In this document: one piece after another, positions 21,758-32,153 of the stretch | Position numbering within the stretch: position 1 is the stretch's first letter | Layout: each line of letters opens with the position of its first letter | Source of the DNA: Vulcanimicrobiota bacterium | GTDB taxonomy: Bacteria > Vulcanimicrobiota > Vulcanimicrobiia > Eremiobacterales > Eremiobacteraceae | Assembly: GCA_963812135.1 (NCBI GenBank) | Contig: CAWETU010000005.1 | Coordinates: 64,001-128,000, forward strand | DNA length: 64,000 nucleotides | Direction: 5' to 3' | Translations under genes and position numbers: made by a program | Notes under the pieces: generated by a model | Databases searched by the model: none | What the model saw: only the letters and a program-made list of their open reading frames with translations | What the model was told of the DNA's origin: nothing

Positions 21758-23086
21758 GTGCTTAAAACGCATCGCGATATCCCCACGTACGAGCTCCCTG
21801 GCCCGATCGGCGCGCGCGTCGTCGCCGCGGAGCAGCGGCTCGACACGACCGGCACGAAGACCGCGCCGATCGTCGTCAAACATGCCCGTGGCTTGATGGT
21901 CGAAGACGTCGACGGCAACGTCTTCTTGGATTTCACCAGCGGCATGGTGACCGCCACCGGCCACTGCCATCCCGACGTCCTCAAGGCGATCAACGATCAG
22001 GCGCAGTCGTGGCTGTTCATCAATAGCCCAGATTTCTATTCACCGCTGCAGGCGCGCGTCGTCGAGCGTCTCGCCAAGCTCGTGCCGGGCATCGGCGCGA
22101 AAAAAGTCTTCATGTGCAACAGCGGCACCGAGGCGAACGAAGCCGCGCTCAAGGCGACGCGCTACAACAATCCGACGCGCAAGCGGCTGATCGGCTTCAT
22201 CGGCGCGTTCCACGGCCGGACGATGGGTGCGAACTCGCTGACCGCCAGCAAAATCGCGCAACGCGCGCGCTTTAGCTCGAACATCCCCGACGTGCATCAT
22301 CTGCCGTATGCGACCTGTTACCGCTGCCCGTACAAGATGTCATACCCGAACTGCGACATCTGGTGCGCGCGCATTCTGGAGGAGCTGTATTTCAAGCAGC
22401 TCATCCCGCCCGACGAAGTGTCCGCCATCTTCGTCGAGCCCATCCAGGGCGAAGGCGGCTACATCGTGCCGCCGCCGGAGTTCATCCAGATCATCCGCGA
22501 CATCGCGCAGCGCTACGGCATCCCCTATGTGGACGATGAAGTGCAAGCCGGCATGGGCAAGACCGGCAAGATGCTCGCGATCGAGCATCACGGCGTGACC
22601 GCCAACTGCACCTCGCTCGGCAAAGCGCTCGGCTCGGGCGTCGCGGTCGCCGCACAGGTCCTCGATGCAGAGCTCGATTTCGGCGTACAGGGCGCGCACT
22701 CGAACACGTTCGGCGGCAACGGCATCGCGCTGGCCGCCGCGGACGCGACCCTTGACATCTTCGAGAAGGAACATCTCGTTGAGCGCGCCGCCGAGCTTGG
22801 CGCCTATTTCATCGGCAAGCTGCGCGAGCTGGCGCATGCACACGCGGCCATCGGCGACGTACGCGGCAAAGGCCTCATGCTCGCCATCGATTTCGTGACC
22901 GATCGGGCGTCGCGCACGCCGGACCCAGCGTTTCGCGATCGGGTCGTCGGCAATTGCTTCCGCCACGGACTGATGATCTTGCCGTGCGGCTTCTCCGCCA
23001 TCCGCTTCACGCCGGCGCTGGTCGTCGATCAAGAGCAGATCGACCACGCCATCGCCGTGCTCGACCGCTCGATCCGCGAAGCCTAG
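21758..23086 (+). CDS. Class III PLP aminotransferase (GABA/acetylornithine/diamine type)
   Basis: DVDGNVFLDF, NSGTEANE, AFHGRT, EPIQGEGG, DEVQAG, GKALG, SNTFGG. Confidence 0.88.
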   Translation: MLKTHRDIPTYELPGPIGARVVAAEQRLDTTGTKTAPIVVKHARGLMVEDVDGNVFLDFTSGMVTATGHCHPDVLKAINDQAQSWLFINSPDFYSPLQARVVERLAKLVPGIGAKKVFMCNSGTEANEAALKATRYNNPTRKRLIGFIGAFHGRTMGANSLTASKIAQRARFSSNIPDVHHLPYATCYRCPYKMSYPNCDIWCARILEELYFKQLIPPDEVSAIFVEPIQGEGGYIVPPPEFIQIIRDIAQRYGIPYVDDEVQAGMGKTGKMLAIEHHGVTANCTSLGKALGSGVAVAAQVLDAELDFGVQGAHSNTFGGNGIALAAADATLDIFEKEHLVERAAELGAYFIGKLRELAHAHAAIGDVRGKGLMLAIDFVTDRASRTPDPAFRDRVVGNCFRHGLMILPCGFSAIRFTPALVVDQEQIDHAIAVLDRSIREA

Positions 23087-23119
23087 GGCTTTCCGCATTT
23101 CGTTGGCCATGCGTCTTAG

Positions 23120-23149
23120 TTGACGCCTGAGCGAACATCCCCTTACAAT
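23120..23149 (+). promoter_or_regulatory. Putative sigma70-type promoter
   Basis: TTGACG-N18-TACAAT just upstream of the GGAGG RBS of the MgtE-like gene. Confidence 0.55.
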
Positions 23150-23170
23150 GGCTTTGGAGGACGCGCCGTT

Positions 23171-24494
23171 TTGGAGCTTCAGGAAGCTTTTGTCAGCGAG
23201 CTAGTAGGCCGCTCCGTCGAGCTGTGGACGGACGGCTCGAGCATGCCGATCGGCCGTGTCCAGGACCTGGTCGTCGACGGCCGCGACAATTTTCCGCCCG
23301 TCACCGGCCTGTACGTCAAGTGCCGCGACGGGGTCATACGCTTCGCGCCGTTCGACGCGGTGCGTTCGATCAGCGATCGGGCGGTGATCCTCAACCAAGC
23401 TCCCCATGACAAGAAGTACGAACGGACGGCCGATGACGAGCTGCTCCTCAATCGCGAGCTGCTCGATCGGCAGATCCTCGACGTCGACGGCCGCAAAGTC
23501 GTGCGCGTCAACGATCTCAAACTCGCGCCCACCGGAGAACATCTGCGTCTTATCGCGGTCGACGTCGGACTTGCAGGGTTGATGCGCCGGCTTGGCCTTC
23601 ACGCTCTCGGCCGAAAATGGCTCGCGCGCGCGCCGCGCCCGGGCATCCGCCAATCGCTCATCTCGTGGGATGCGGTCGCGCCGCTGACCAGCGTGGCGCC
23701 CGGCGATCCGGTCCGGCTTCGACTTGCCGCAGGACCGCATCGAGCGCATCCACCCGGCAGATCTCGCAGCCATTATCGAAGACCTCAATGCGAGCGACCA
23801 AGCCTCGCTGCTCAGCTCGCTGCCGGAGGATACCGCGGCCGAAGCGCTCGAGCAGCTCGACGTCGACACGCAGCTCTCCATCCTCGAAGACATGCGCCCG
23901 GAGCGCGCCGCCGACCTCATCGAGAACATGAGCAGCGACGACGCGGCCGATCTGCTCGGCGAATTCGATCCCGAGACGCAACAGCAATTGCTGGGACTCA
24001 TGGAGCCCAAAGAGGCCGAAGACGTGCGCGAGCTGTTGACGCACGACGAAGACACCGCCGGCGGCATCATGACGACCGAGTATCTTTCGGTGCCGCTCGG
24101 GCTGACGGTCGCGCAGACCTTCGAACACCTCCGCGCCGCGGCCGAAGACGCGGAGCTCGTCTACTACGTCTACGTGCTCAACGAGCACGAGCATATCTTA
24201 GGAGTGCTGTCGTTGCGCGATCTGCTCTCCTCGCCGCCCGAGTCGCCCATCGCACGGATCATGAACACCGATGTGGTCACGGTGCCGGTCAACGCGACGC
24301 GCGAAGAGGTCGCGACCATGATCGCCCGTTACGATTTCGTCGCGGTGCCGGTCGTCGACGATGCGGGCATCATGCGCGGCATCATCACGGTGGACGACGT
24401 GATCGACGTCCTGTTGCCGGAGCGCCTGCGCAAGATGATCCCGCGCGTCGGTAAACGCTCGCGGCATCAACACACGTCCGAACGCAGCGGCTGA
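23171..24494 (+). CDS. MgtE intracellular-domain protein (PRC + MgtE_N + CBS, no TM region); apparent +1 frameshift near 23723
   Basis: LLDRQILDVDGRKVVRVND; then HPADLAAIIE, EDTAGGIMTTE, YVYV and GIITVDDVID in the next frame. Confidence 0.8.
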
Positions 24495-24499
24495 AACCC

Positions 24500-25693
24500 A
24501 TGACGGCAGACCAACTGGCGGAGCTGTCCGAGCGCACCGCGAGCATCGTCGCCGGCGGCGGCGGACTCAAAGCGCTCGCGCAAGCGCTCGCCGACGCCAC
24601 GCGCGGCGCGGTGCTGATCGAAGACGACCAGTGGCGCCACCTCGCGCTCGCGCAGTCAAAAGGCTCAGGCACGGTGCCGCCGTCGTTCGCGCAGTGGTAC
24701 AAGCCGTCAAAGAGCGGCAACGGCGTGATCGAACCCGCTACGAAAATCGCGGGGCTCCATCCGATCTGCGCACCGATGGCCGCCGCCGGCAACGGCGAAG
24801 GTCCGGCGGGATATGTCACGCTATTCTTGCGCGCCAAACCGTCGGCATTGACTGCGGCGGCGCTGCGCGTCGTGACGAGCGCAGCCGGCATCGAGCTCAG
24901 CCGGCGCGGCGCGGGTAGATCGCAAGCGCGCCGTGCGTTCTGGGAGCGCTACCTCGCGGGCGAGTGGACCGATCCCGCCGTTCTCAAAGAAGATGCGACC
25001 GCCGCCGGTCTCGCGCTGCCCGCCTCGTTCTTGGGCGCGGTCTTCGACGTCGAGGGCGCGTTGCCGAACGCGGCGCGCGACGCGGTCGCGCTCGCCATCA
25101 GCCCGGCCGACGGCATCTGTCCGGTCGTACCCTCTTCGGGCTCGGTGATCGCGCTTTTCCCCATGCGCCACGCAGCAGACGTGGCGCGCGCGCGCCAAGC
25201 GGCGACCAATGCGGTGCGCGACGTCCCTGCGCAGGCGACCGCCCGCTCGGTGACCTGCGGGCTTGGCGCGTACCATGCCGACATCATCGAATGCCCGCAG
25301 TCGGTGGAGGAAGGCCGGCGCGCGCTCGCGCTCGGACGCCGGCTGTATGGTCGCGGATCGGTCACACAGTACGCCGACCTCGGCGTCTATGCGTTGCTGC
25401 ACGCCGGCGGCGGGCGCGAATCGTTCCTCGGTTTCGCGGAGGCGCAGCTCGCGCCACTGCACGCGTACGATCGCAAGCACAAGACCGATCTGCTCAAGAC
25501 GCTGCGCCTGTACTTCGACATCGGCGAGAACGTCAAAGAGGCCGCCGAGCGGCTCTCCGTCCACCGCCACACGATCTTCTACCGGCTCAACCAGATCTCG
25601 CAGATCCTCAAAGTGGACCTGCACGCGCCCAAAGATCAGCTCTCGCTGCGCGCGGCGCTCGCCATCTGGCAGATGGAGCACGAATCCGAATGA
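24500..25693 (+). CDS. PucR/CdaR-family transcriptional regulator
   Basis: C-terminal LLKTLRLYFD...AAERLSVHRHTIFYRLNQI HTH. Confidence 0.85.
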   Translation: MTADQLAELSERTASIVAGGGGLKALAQALADATRGAVLIEDDQWRHLALAQSKGSGTVPPSFAQWYKPSKSGNGVIEPATKIAGLHPICAPMAAAGNGEGPAGYVTLFLRAKPSALTAAALRVVTSAAGIELSRRGAGRSQARRAFWERYLAGEWTDPAVLKEDATAAGLALPASFLGAVFDVEGALPNAARDAVALAISPADGICPVVPSSGSVIALFPMRHAADVARARQAATNAVRDVPAQATARSVTCGLGAYHADIIECPQSVEEGRRALALGRRLYGRGSVTQYADLGVYALLHAGGGRESFLGFAEAQLAPLHAYDRKHKTDLLKTLRLYFDIGENVKEAAERLSVHRHTIFYRLNQISQILKVDLHAPKDQLSLRAALAIWQMEHESE

Positions 25694-27006
25694 GCAAGAA
25701 AGACGTCGTGCGCCGCGCCAAAGAGTTGGGCATCGCGTTCGTGCGGCTGCAGTTCGCCGACATCCACGGCGTGACCAAGAACGTCGCCATCCCGGTGCGC
25801 GAGCTCGAGCTCGCGCTCGACGGCAAGATCGTGTTCGACGGATCGTGCATCGAAGGGTTCGTGCGCCACGAAGAATCAGACATGTGCTTGGCGCCCGACC
25901 CAGCGACGTTCGCCGTGCTGCCCGGCGCGCAGGGCGCGCCGCTCGAAGCTCGGCTCATGTGCGACGTGCGCAACCCAGACGGCTCGCCGTTCGAGGGCTG
26001 CACGCGCAGCGCGCTGCGGCGCGTCGTCGACGAAGCGGCCGAGATGGGCTTTGGCGCGCATGCGAGCGCCGAGCTCGAATTCTTCCTCTTTGAGCCGAAC
26101 GCGGCAGGCCAGCCGACGACGATCACCAGCGATCGCGGCTCGTACTTCGACCTCGGCCCGATCGATCGCGGCGACGTCGCACGCCGCGACGTCAGCCTCG
26201 TGCTTGAAGAGATGGGAATCCGCGTCGACGCGACTCATCACGAGGTATCGCACGGCCAGCACGAGATTGACCTTGCGTACACCGACGCGCTCTCGCTGGC
26301 GGACGCCATCGCGACCGCACGCGTCGTCGTCAAGACGGTGGCGGCGCGCCATGGGTTGCATGCGACCTTCATGCCCAAGCCGCTGCTCAACCAGGACGGC
26401 AGCGGCCTGCACCTCGCGCAATATCTCACGCGCGACGATGCCAATGCGTTTTACGATGCCGATGACCCGTTGCACTTGAGCGAGACCGGTCTTGGGTTTG
26501 TCGGCGGCCTGCTCGCGCACGCGCGCGGCTTCACCGCCATCACGAATCCGACGGTCAACTCGTACAAGCGGCTGGTGCCCGGCTACGACGCGCCTTCGTA
26601 CGTCCAGTGGTCGCAACGCGCCAAGAGCTCGCTCGTCCGCGTCCCGTTCGAACGCGATCGCGTCCGCATCGAACTGCGCTCGCCCGATCCGTCGTGCAAT
26701 CCGTATCTCGCGCTGGCGTGCATCCTGAAAGCCGGACTCGACGGTGTGCGCCGCAAGCTCGTGCCGGGCGATCCAATCGAAGCGAGCCTGGCGCAGCTCA
26801 GCGATGACGAGCGCGCCGCCTTGGGGGTCGAACAACTGCCGGCATCTCTCCAAGAGGCGGTTGGGTCCCTCGACGAGGACGCCCTTATGCGTTCCACGCT
26901 CGGCGATCACACGTATCACCGTTTTCGAGAAGCGAAACTCGCCGAGTGGGAGTCCTACCGGACGCAGGTGCACCCCTGGGAATTGGACGCATACTTACGC
27001 CTGTGA
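25690..27006 (+). CDS. Glutamine synthetase-family protein with a divergent active site (possible gamma-glutamyl-amine ligase)
   Basis: FDGSCIEGF, ELEFF, HHEVSHGQHE, ATFMPKP, NSYKRLVPGYDAP, ELRSPDPSCNPYL. Confidence 0.85.
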   Translation: MSKKDVVRRAKELGIAFVRLQFADIHGVTKNVAIPVRELELALDGKIVFDGSCIEGFVRHEESDMCLAPDPATFAVLPGAQGAPLEARLMCDVRNPDGSPFEGCTRSALRRVVDEAAEMGFGAHASAELEFFLFEPNAAGQPTTITSDRGSYFDLGPIDRGDVARRDVSLVLEEMGIRVDATHHEVSHGQHEIDLAYTDALSLADAIATARVVVKTVAARHGLHATFMPKPLLNQDGSGLHLAQYLTRDDANAFYDADDPLHLSETGLGFVGGLLAHARGFTAITNPTVNSYKRLVPGYDAPSYVQWSQRAKSSLVRVPFERDRVRIELRSPDPSCNPYLALACILKAGLDGVRRKLVPGDPIEASLAQLSDDERAALGVEQLPASLQEAVGSLDEDALMRSTLGDHTYHRFREAKLAEWESYRTQVHPWELDAYLRL

Positions 27007-27710
27007 ACCATGCAGTCTCAGTGCTGCTCGTCGATGACGAGCCGCAGATCGTCGAAATCCTCGACCGTTATCTGTCTGACGAAGGTTTCGTCGTCCACAA
27101 GGCATATGACGGACCCGCTGCCCTACGCATCGCCGCCGCGGAAAAGCCGCAGCTCGTGCTGCTCGACCTCAAGATGCCCGGGATGAGCGGATACGACGTC
27201 TTCAAAGAGATCCGCGCGGATTCGACGGTGCCGATCATCATGCTCACGTCGCGAAGCGAAGAAGTTGACCGTGTCGTCGGGCTCGAGCTGGGCGCAGATG
27301 ACTATATCACCAAGCCGTTCAGCCCGCGCGAGGTGGTGGCGCGCATCAAGGCTGTGCTGCGCCGCACCCAAGCATCGGGGCGCGCGGCATCGACCGAACC
27401 CAGCGCCGCGATCCGCGCAGGCGACATCGAGATCGATCCTGCCGAGCACGAGGTGCGCGTTCGCGGCAGCGCGATCGCGCTGACACCGACCGAGTTTCGC
27501 ATCCTCGAACTGCTCGCGTCGAACCCTGGCCGCACGTTCACACGCACGCAGCTGCTCGATAAGATCAAAGGCGACGAGCTCGAGATCTACGATCGCACGC
27601 TTGACCGGCACGTCGCCAACCTGCGTCACAAGATCGAAGCCGAGCCAGCGAATCCGAAATATGTCCTCACGGTGTTCGGCGTCGGTTACAAGATGGCGAA
27701 GGTATCGTGA
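27003..27710 (+). CDS. OmpR/PhoB-family response regulator
   Basis: LLVDDE, LLDLKMP, GADDYITKPFSPRE, winged helix RTLDRHVANLRHKIE. Confidence 0.93.
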   Translation: MNHAVSVLLVDDEPQIVEILDRYLSDEGFVVHKAYDGPAALRIAAAEKPQLVLLDLKMPGMSGYDVFKEIRADSTVPIIMLTSRSEEVDRVVGLELGADDYITKPFSPREVVARIKAVLRRTQASGRAASTEPSAAIRAGDIEIDPAEHEVRVRGSAIALTPTEFRILELLASNPGRTFTRTQLLDKIKGDELEIYDRTLDRHVANLRHKIEAEPANPKYVLTVFGVGYKMAKVS

Positions 27711-28426
27711 GCGAGCGCGACCGCACCGGGCTCTCCGAGCTGATCCACGAGTTGCGCAATCAGCTGGCGGTGGCCAAAGCCAACCTCGAGGCCTTTATCG
27801 ACGGCAAGTTGCCGCCGACGGCGCAGCGCCTCGAGAATGTCGTGCAAACCCTCAATCAAATGGAAGAGCTCATCAAAGATCTGCGCGTTTTGCAGCCGGC
27901 GGCCGACGCCGATTCGGCAGCCACCGCTGCGACGCTGACCGAAATCAACGTCTGCCAGCTCCTGGAGCGCGAGTTCGCATCGATGGAGGCGGTCGCGCTG
28001 GAGAAAAAAATTTCGCTATCGGTGTTCCGCTGCCCGCACCCGAATGCCGCCTGCCAGCACTTCTATGGCGACCCAGGCCGCATCGGCCAAATCGTGAAAA
28101 ACGTGCTGCTCAATGCGGTGCGTTACACGCCTTCGGGCGGAACGATCAGCGTGGATTGCCGCCGCCGAGCCGATGAGCTGCAAGTGACGATCGAGGATAA
28201 TGGACCGGGCGTGAGCAGCGCAGACGCCGGCCATATCTTCGAACCAGGCTTCCGTGGCACTGCCGGCGGCGAGGCGGGCTCCGGAATCGGACTTGCCGTG
28301 GTCAAAGGTCTTGTCGAGGCCCACGGCGGGTCGATCCGCCTCAATCCAGAGTCGGTTCGGGGCGCCAGCTTCATCTTGCGCTTGCCGGGGCGGCTGCCCG
28401 AGCCAGGAGCGTCCCGAATCCCGTAA
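27707..28426 (+). CDS. Short cytoplasmic histidine kinase without a sensor domain
   Basis: HELRNQL H-box at residue 14, NVLLNAVRYT, EDNGPG, GSGIGL, AHGG. Confidence 0.88.
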   Translation: MSERDRTGLSELIHELRNQLAVAKANLEAFIDGKLPPTAQRLENVVQTLNQMEELIKDLRVLQPAADADSAATAATLTEINVCQLLEREFASMEAVALEKKISLSVFRCPHPNAACQHFYGDPGRIGQIVKNVLLNAVRYTPSGGTISVDCRRRADELQVTIEDNGPGVSSADAGHIFEPGFRGTAGGEAGSGIGLAVVKGLVEAHGGSIRLNPESVRGASFILRLPGRLPEPGASRIP

Positions 28427-28496
28427 CGTCATGTGAAGGGCGCTTCACACCCCTTTCGCTCTAGTGGCAGACGGCTGCGCTACGCTTGGCGGACGT

Positions 28497-30881
28497 ATGA
28501 GCGTCGTACTGGAGCGTGCGAGTCAGGTCCGCCTCGATCAGGTCGATCGATACTGGCGCGCGGCCAACTACCTCGGCGCGATCCAGCTCTACCTGCGAGA
28601 CAATGTGTTGCTCAGGCGGCCGCTGCGCGCCGATCACATCAAAGAGCGCCTGCTGGGCCATTGGGGCACGCAGCCGGGTTTGAACATCATCTACGCGCAC
28701 CTCAACCGGCTCGTCCAGGACACGCAGGCGCAGGTGTTGCTGGTCGTCGGCCCAGGTCATGGCGCGCCCGCGATCTACGCGAATCTGTTCCTCGACGGCA
28801 CGCTCGGCCGCGCGTATCCGCAGTTCTCGCGCAACGAAGACGGCATCCACCGGTTGGCCAAGGCGTTTTCCTGGCCGGGCGGCCTGCCGAGCCACGTCAG
28901 CGCGATGACGCCGGGCGCGCTGCACGAAGGCGGGGAGCTCGGATACAGCCTCGCGCACGCGTTCGGCGCCGCGTTCGACAATCCAGACCTGTTGGTGGCG
29001 TGCGTCGTCGGCGACGGCGAGGCGGAGACCGGTGCCCTCGCGGCTGCGTGGCAATCCAACAAGTTCCTCGATCCGGCGACCTCCGGGGCGGTCTTACCGA
29101 TCCTGCATCTCAACGGCTATAAACTGTCGGGGCCGGCGATTTTCGCCCGCATGAGCGGTCTCGAGCTGCAGCAATATTTCGTCGGCTGCGGCTACGATGC
29201 TCGGCAGGTAACGGCCACGGATCCCCACGATGCGCACCGCCAGTTGTGGGCCGCTATGAACTGGGCGTATGGACGCATCTGCACGGTGCAGGCCGATGCG
29301 CGCGCGTATCGGACGACCGGTCCGCCCGCGTGGCCCCTCATCGTCTTGCGCACGCCCAAAGGCTGGACCGGCCCGCGCGAGCTTGACGGCCATCCGATCG
29401 AGAACACGTTCCATTCGCACCAGCTGCCCATCGCCGACCCGCGCGAGAACCCGGCGCACTTGCTCGCGCTCGAGGACTGGCTTCGCAGCTATCGTCCGCA
29501 CGAGCTGTTCGACGAGCACGGTGTGCCGGCAGCTGATGTCGTGGCCGTCTGTCCGACGCCTGCGCTTTGTCTTGGCGCGAACGACTCGGCCAACGGCGGG
29601 GCCGCCGATGCGCCCCCGCTGCGCCTGCCGAAGGTCAGCGCATATGCGGTCGAGGTTCGCGAACATGGCGCCGTGCAAGCCGCGGCGACCGAGGTCCTGG
29701 GCGAGTATCTGCGCGACACGTTCCGCCTCAACGACGACGCCCGCAACTTCCGGCTCACGTCGCCCGATGAGACGATGTCGAACAAGCTCGAAGCCGTGTT
29801 CGAAGCGACGGATCGCGCGTTCATGTGGCCGCTGGTCGAAACGGACGAGATGCTTGCGCGCGACGGGCGCGTGCTCGAGATCCTCAGCGAAACGACCTGC
29901 GAAGGCTGGCTTGAGGGCTACACGCTCTCGGGGCGCCACGGCGTGTTCGCATGCTACGAAGCGTTCGCCACAATCGTCGATTCGATGGTGGCGCAGCATG
30001 CCAAATGGCTCAAGACCGCAGGCGAGATCTCATGGCGCCGACCGGTACCTTCGCTGAACATCCTTTTGACGTCGCATGCATGGCGTCAAGACCATAACGG
30101 CTACTCGCACCAGGGACCTGGGTTTATCGACAACCTCGTCAGCAAGAAGGCATCTGTGGTGCGCGTCTACCTTCCCCCTGATGCGAATTGCCTCGTCTCC
30201 GCGGCCGACCATTGCTTGCGCAGCCGCAACTACATCAACGTGATCATCGCCGCGAAGCATATGGCGCCGGTATGGCTGCCGATGGAGGAGGCCAAAGCTC
30301 ATTGCGCACGCGGAGCCTCGGCCTGGGAGTGGGCGAGCAACGATGGCGGCGCGCCCGACGTGATCCTCGCCGCGGCAGGCGATGTGCCGACCCTGGAGAC
30401 GCTCGCCGCCGTCGAGCTGCTACGCCGTCACTGCGCCGGCGTGCGCGTGCGCGTCGTCAACGTCATCGATCTGTTCTCGCTCGAGACGCGGGCGGAGCAT
30501 CCACACGGTTTAGAGGATGCGAGCTTCGAACGGCTCTTCGGAGTCACGACGCCGGTCGTCTTCGCGTTCCATGGATACCCGCGCGTGATCCACGAGCTGA
30601 TCCACCGCCGGCCGGATCCGCAGCGGTTTCACGTGCGAGGTTACATCGAGGAAGGGACGACCACGACGCCGTTCGACATGGTCGTGCGCAATCGGATGAG
30701 CCGCTATCACTTGGCGCTTGACGCGCTGGCGTACGCGAAGGCTTCGGGCGCCGACGCAGACCGCGCTGCAACGTTCTTCAATGAGCGGCTCGCCGCGCAC
30801 CGCGACTACATCATCGAACACGGCGTCGACATGCCCGAAATCACCGATTGGCGGTGGACCGATGCAGCGGCGCAGGCGTGA
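28497..30881 (+). CDS. xfp: Phosphoketolase (XFP family)
   Basis: LLGHWGT, GPGHG, HEGGELGY, GDGEAETG, LHLNGYK, QDHNGYSHQ. Confidence 0.95.
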   Translation: MSVVLERASQVRLDQVDRYWRAANYLGAIQLYLRDNVLLRRPLRADHIKERLLGHWGTQPGLNIIYAHLNRLVQDTQAQVLLVVGPGHGAPAIYANLFLDGTLGRAYPQFSRNEDGIHRLAKAFSWPGGLPSHVSAMTPGALHEGGELGYSLAHAFGAAFDNPDLLVACVVGDGEAETGALAAAWQSNKFLDPATSGAVLPILHLNGYKLSGPAIFARMSGLELQQYFVGCGYDARQVTATDPHDAHRQLWAAMNWAYGRICTVQADARAYRTTGPPAWPLIVLRTPKGWTGPRELDGHPIENTFHSHQLPIADPRENPAHLLALEDWLRSYRPHELFDEHGVPAADVVAVCPTPALCLGANDSANGGAADAPPLRLPKVSAYAVEVREHGAVQAAATEVLGEYLRDTFRLNDDARNFRLTSPDETMSNKLEAVFEATDRAFMWPLVETDEMLARDGRVLEILSETTCEGWLEGYTLSGRHGVFACYEAFATIVDSMVAQHAKWLKTAGEISWRRPVPSLNILLTSHAWRQDHNGYSHQGPGFIDNLVSKKASVVRVYLPPDANCLVSAADHCLRSRNYINVIIAAKHMAPVWLPMEEAKAHCARGASAWEWASNDGGAPDVILAAAGDVPTLETLAAVELLRRHCAGVRVRVVNVIDLFSLETRAEHPHGLEDASFERLFGVTTPVVFAFHGYPRVIHELIHRRPDPQRFHVRGYIEEGTTTTPFDMVVRNRMSRYHLALDALAYAKASGADADRAATFFNERLAAHRDYIIEHGVDMPEITDWRWTDAAAQA

Positions 30882-32121
30882 AGCCAGCGCGTTAACGACC
30901 GCCTATTTGGCCTGCGATGCAGGCTCGAGCAGCTTCAAGGCCGCGTTGTTCGACATCGGCGCGCCGGTGCCGCGCGAAGCGCAAGCGCCGCGCTGGGAAG
31001 GCGCCGTCTCCTGGAAACGGTTGCCTGGCAATGCGGTCGTCACGTCGAGTTGGCACGGTGCGCGCGCCGACGAGCTTCAGGCGTCGTTGCACGTGGCTTC
31101 CGAAGCGCCGGCTCGCTTGCTCCACGGATTGCAGACGAGCGCGGGCGCAGACCAGCCGTTCGCGCAACACGTCGTGCACCGGATCGTCCACGCAGGCCAA
31201 CTCGAGCGCTCGCCCGCACGCGTCACGGCCGCCGTGCGCCGCGCGATCGACTCGGCGACGCCGCTCGCACCCGAGCACAACGCCGTCGCGCTGGCCGGCA
31301 TCGAGGCGGTGGACAACGTCTTGCCAGGCGTGGAGCAATACATCATCAGCGACTCTGCCTATCACGCCGACATGCCGCTCGCCGCGTCGACATACGCGGT
31401 CCCGGCGTCGTGGCAAAAAGTGTGGGGCATCCGCCGCCTCGGGTTCCACGGCGTGAGCCACAGCTATGCGGCGCAGCGCGCCGCGCAGATCGCCGGCCTG
31501 CCGCTGCGCTCTCTGAAGATCGTCACGTGCCACCTCGGCAACGGTTGTTCGCTTGCCGCGACATCGGCGGGAAGCAGCATCGACACGACGATGGGCTGGA
31601 CGCCGATGGAGGGCCTTGCGATGGGTCAGCGTTCGGGCAGCCTCGACCCCGGCATCATGCTCTATCTCATGGAACGTGGCCGCTACACCGCCTCAGAGCT
31701 GCGAAGGGTGCTCAATGAGGAATCGGGCCTCAAGGGGATCTCCGGCCTCTCCGGCGACATGCGCGAACTCCTCGAGGCGGTCGAATCCGGCCACCCGCAC
31801 GCGACGCTGGCGCTCGACGTCTTCGTCCACCGGATCCGCGCAGGCATCGGCGCTATGGCCGCGAGCCTTGGCGGTCTTGATTCGCTCGTGTTCACCGGCG
31901 GCATCGGCGAGGGTTCACATGAGGTGCGCCGCGCGGTGTGCACGGGCCTTGGTTTTTTGGGAATCGAGCTCGATGAGGAACACGACGCCGCAGCGGTGGC
32001 CGATTGCAACGTCGCACAACGATTTTCACGAGTCAGCATTTTTGTCGTGCAGGCCCGCGAGACGTGGGCCATGGCCCGCGACTGCGCGCTCGCCGTCGAA
32101 CATGCGGCAGTGCGCATCTGA
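30862..32121 (+). CDS. ackA: Acetate/propionate kinase
   Basis: DAGSSSFK, HRIVHAG, LAPEHN, GFHGVSH, CHLGNG, DTTMGWTPMEGL, FTGGIGE; start uncertain. Confidence 0.9.
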   Translation: MQRRRREASALTTAYLACDAGSSSFKAALFDIGAPVPREAQAPRWEGAVSWKRLPGNAVVTSSWHGARADELQASLHVASEAPARLLHGLQTSAGADQPFAQHVVHRIVHAGQLERSPARVTAAVRRAIDSATPLAPEHNAVALAGIEAVDNVLPGVEQYIISDSAYHADMPLAASTYAVPASWQKVWGIRRLGFHGVSHSYAAQRAAQIAGLPLRSLKIVTCHLGNGCSLAATSAGSSIDTTMGWTPMEGLAMGQRSGSLDPGIMLYLMERGRYTASELRRVLNEESGLKGISGLSGDMRELLEAVESGHPHATLALDVFVHRIRAGIGAMAASLGGLDSLVFTGGIGEGSHEVRRAVCTGLGFLGIELDEEHDAAAVADCNVAQRFSRVSIFVVQARETWAMARDCALAVEHAAVRI

Positions 32122-32153
32122 TGAGCGCGTTGTGAACGCGTAGGAGGTATATC

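Noticed and set aside
28432..28449. CRP/FNR or Rex operator upstream of xfp
   Set aside because: Spacing is TGTGA-N8-TCACA; CRP needs N6 and Rex needs TGTGAA-N4-TTCACA (here N6). Kept only as an unassigned motif
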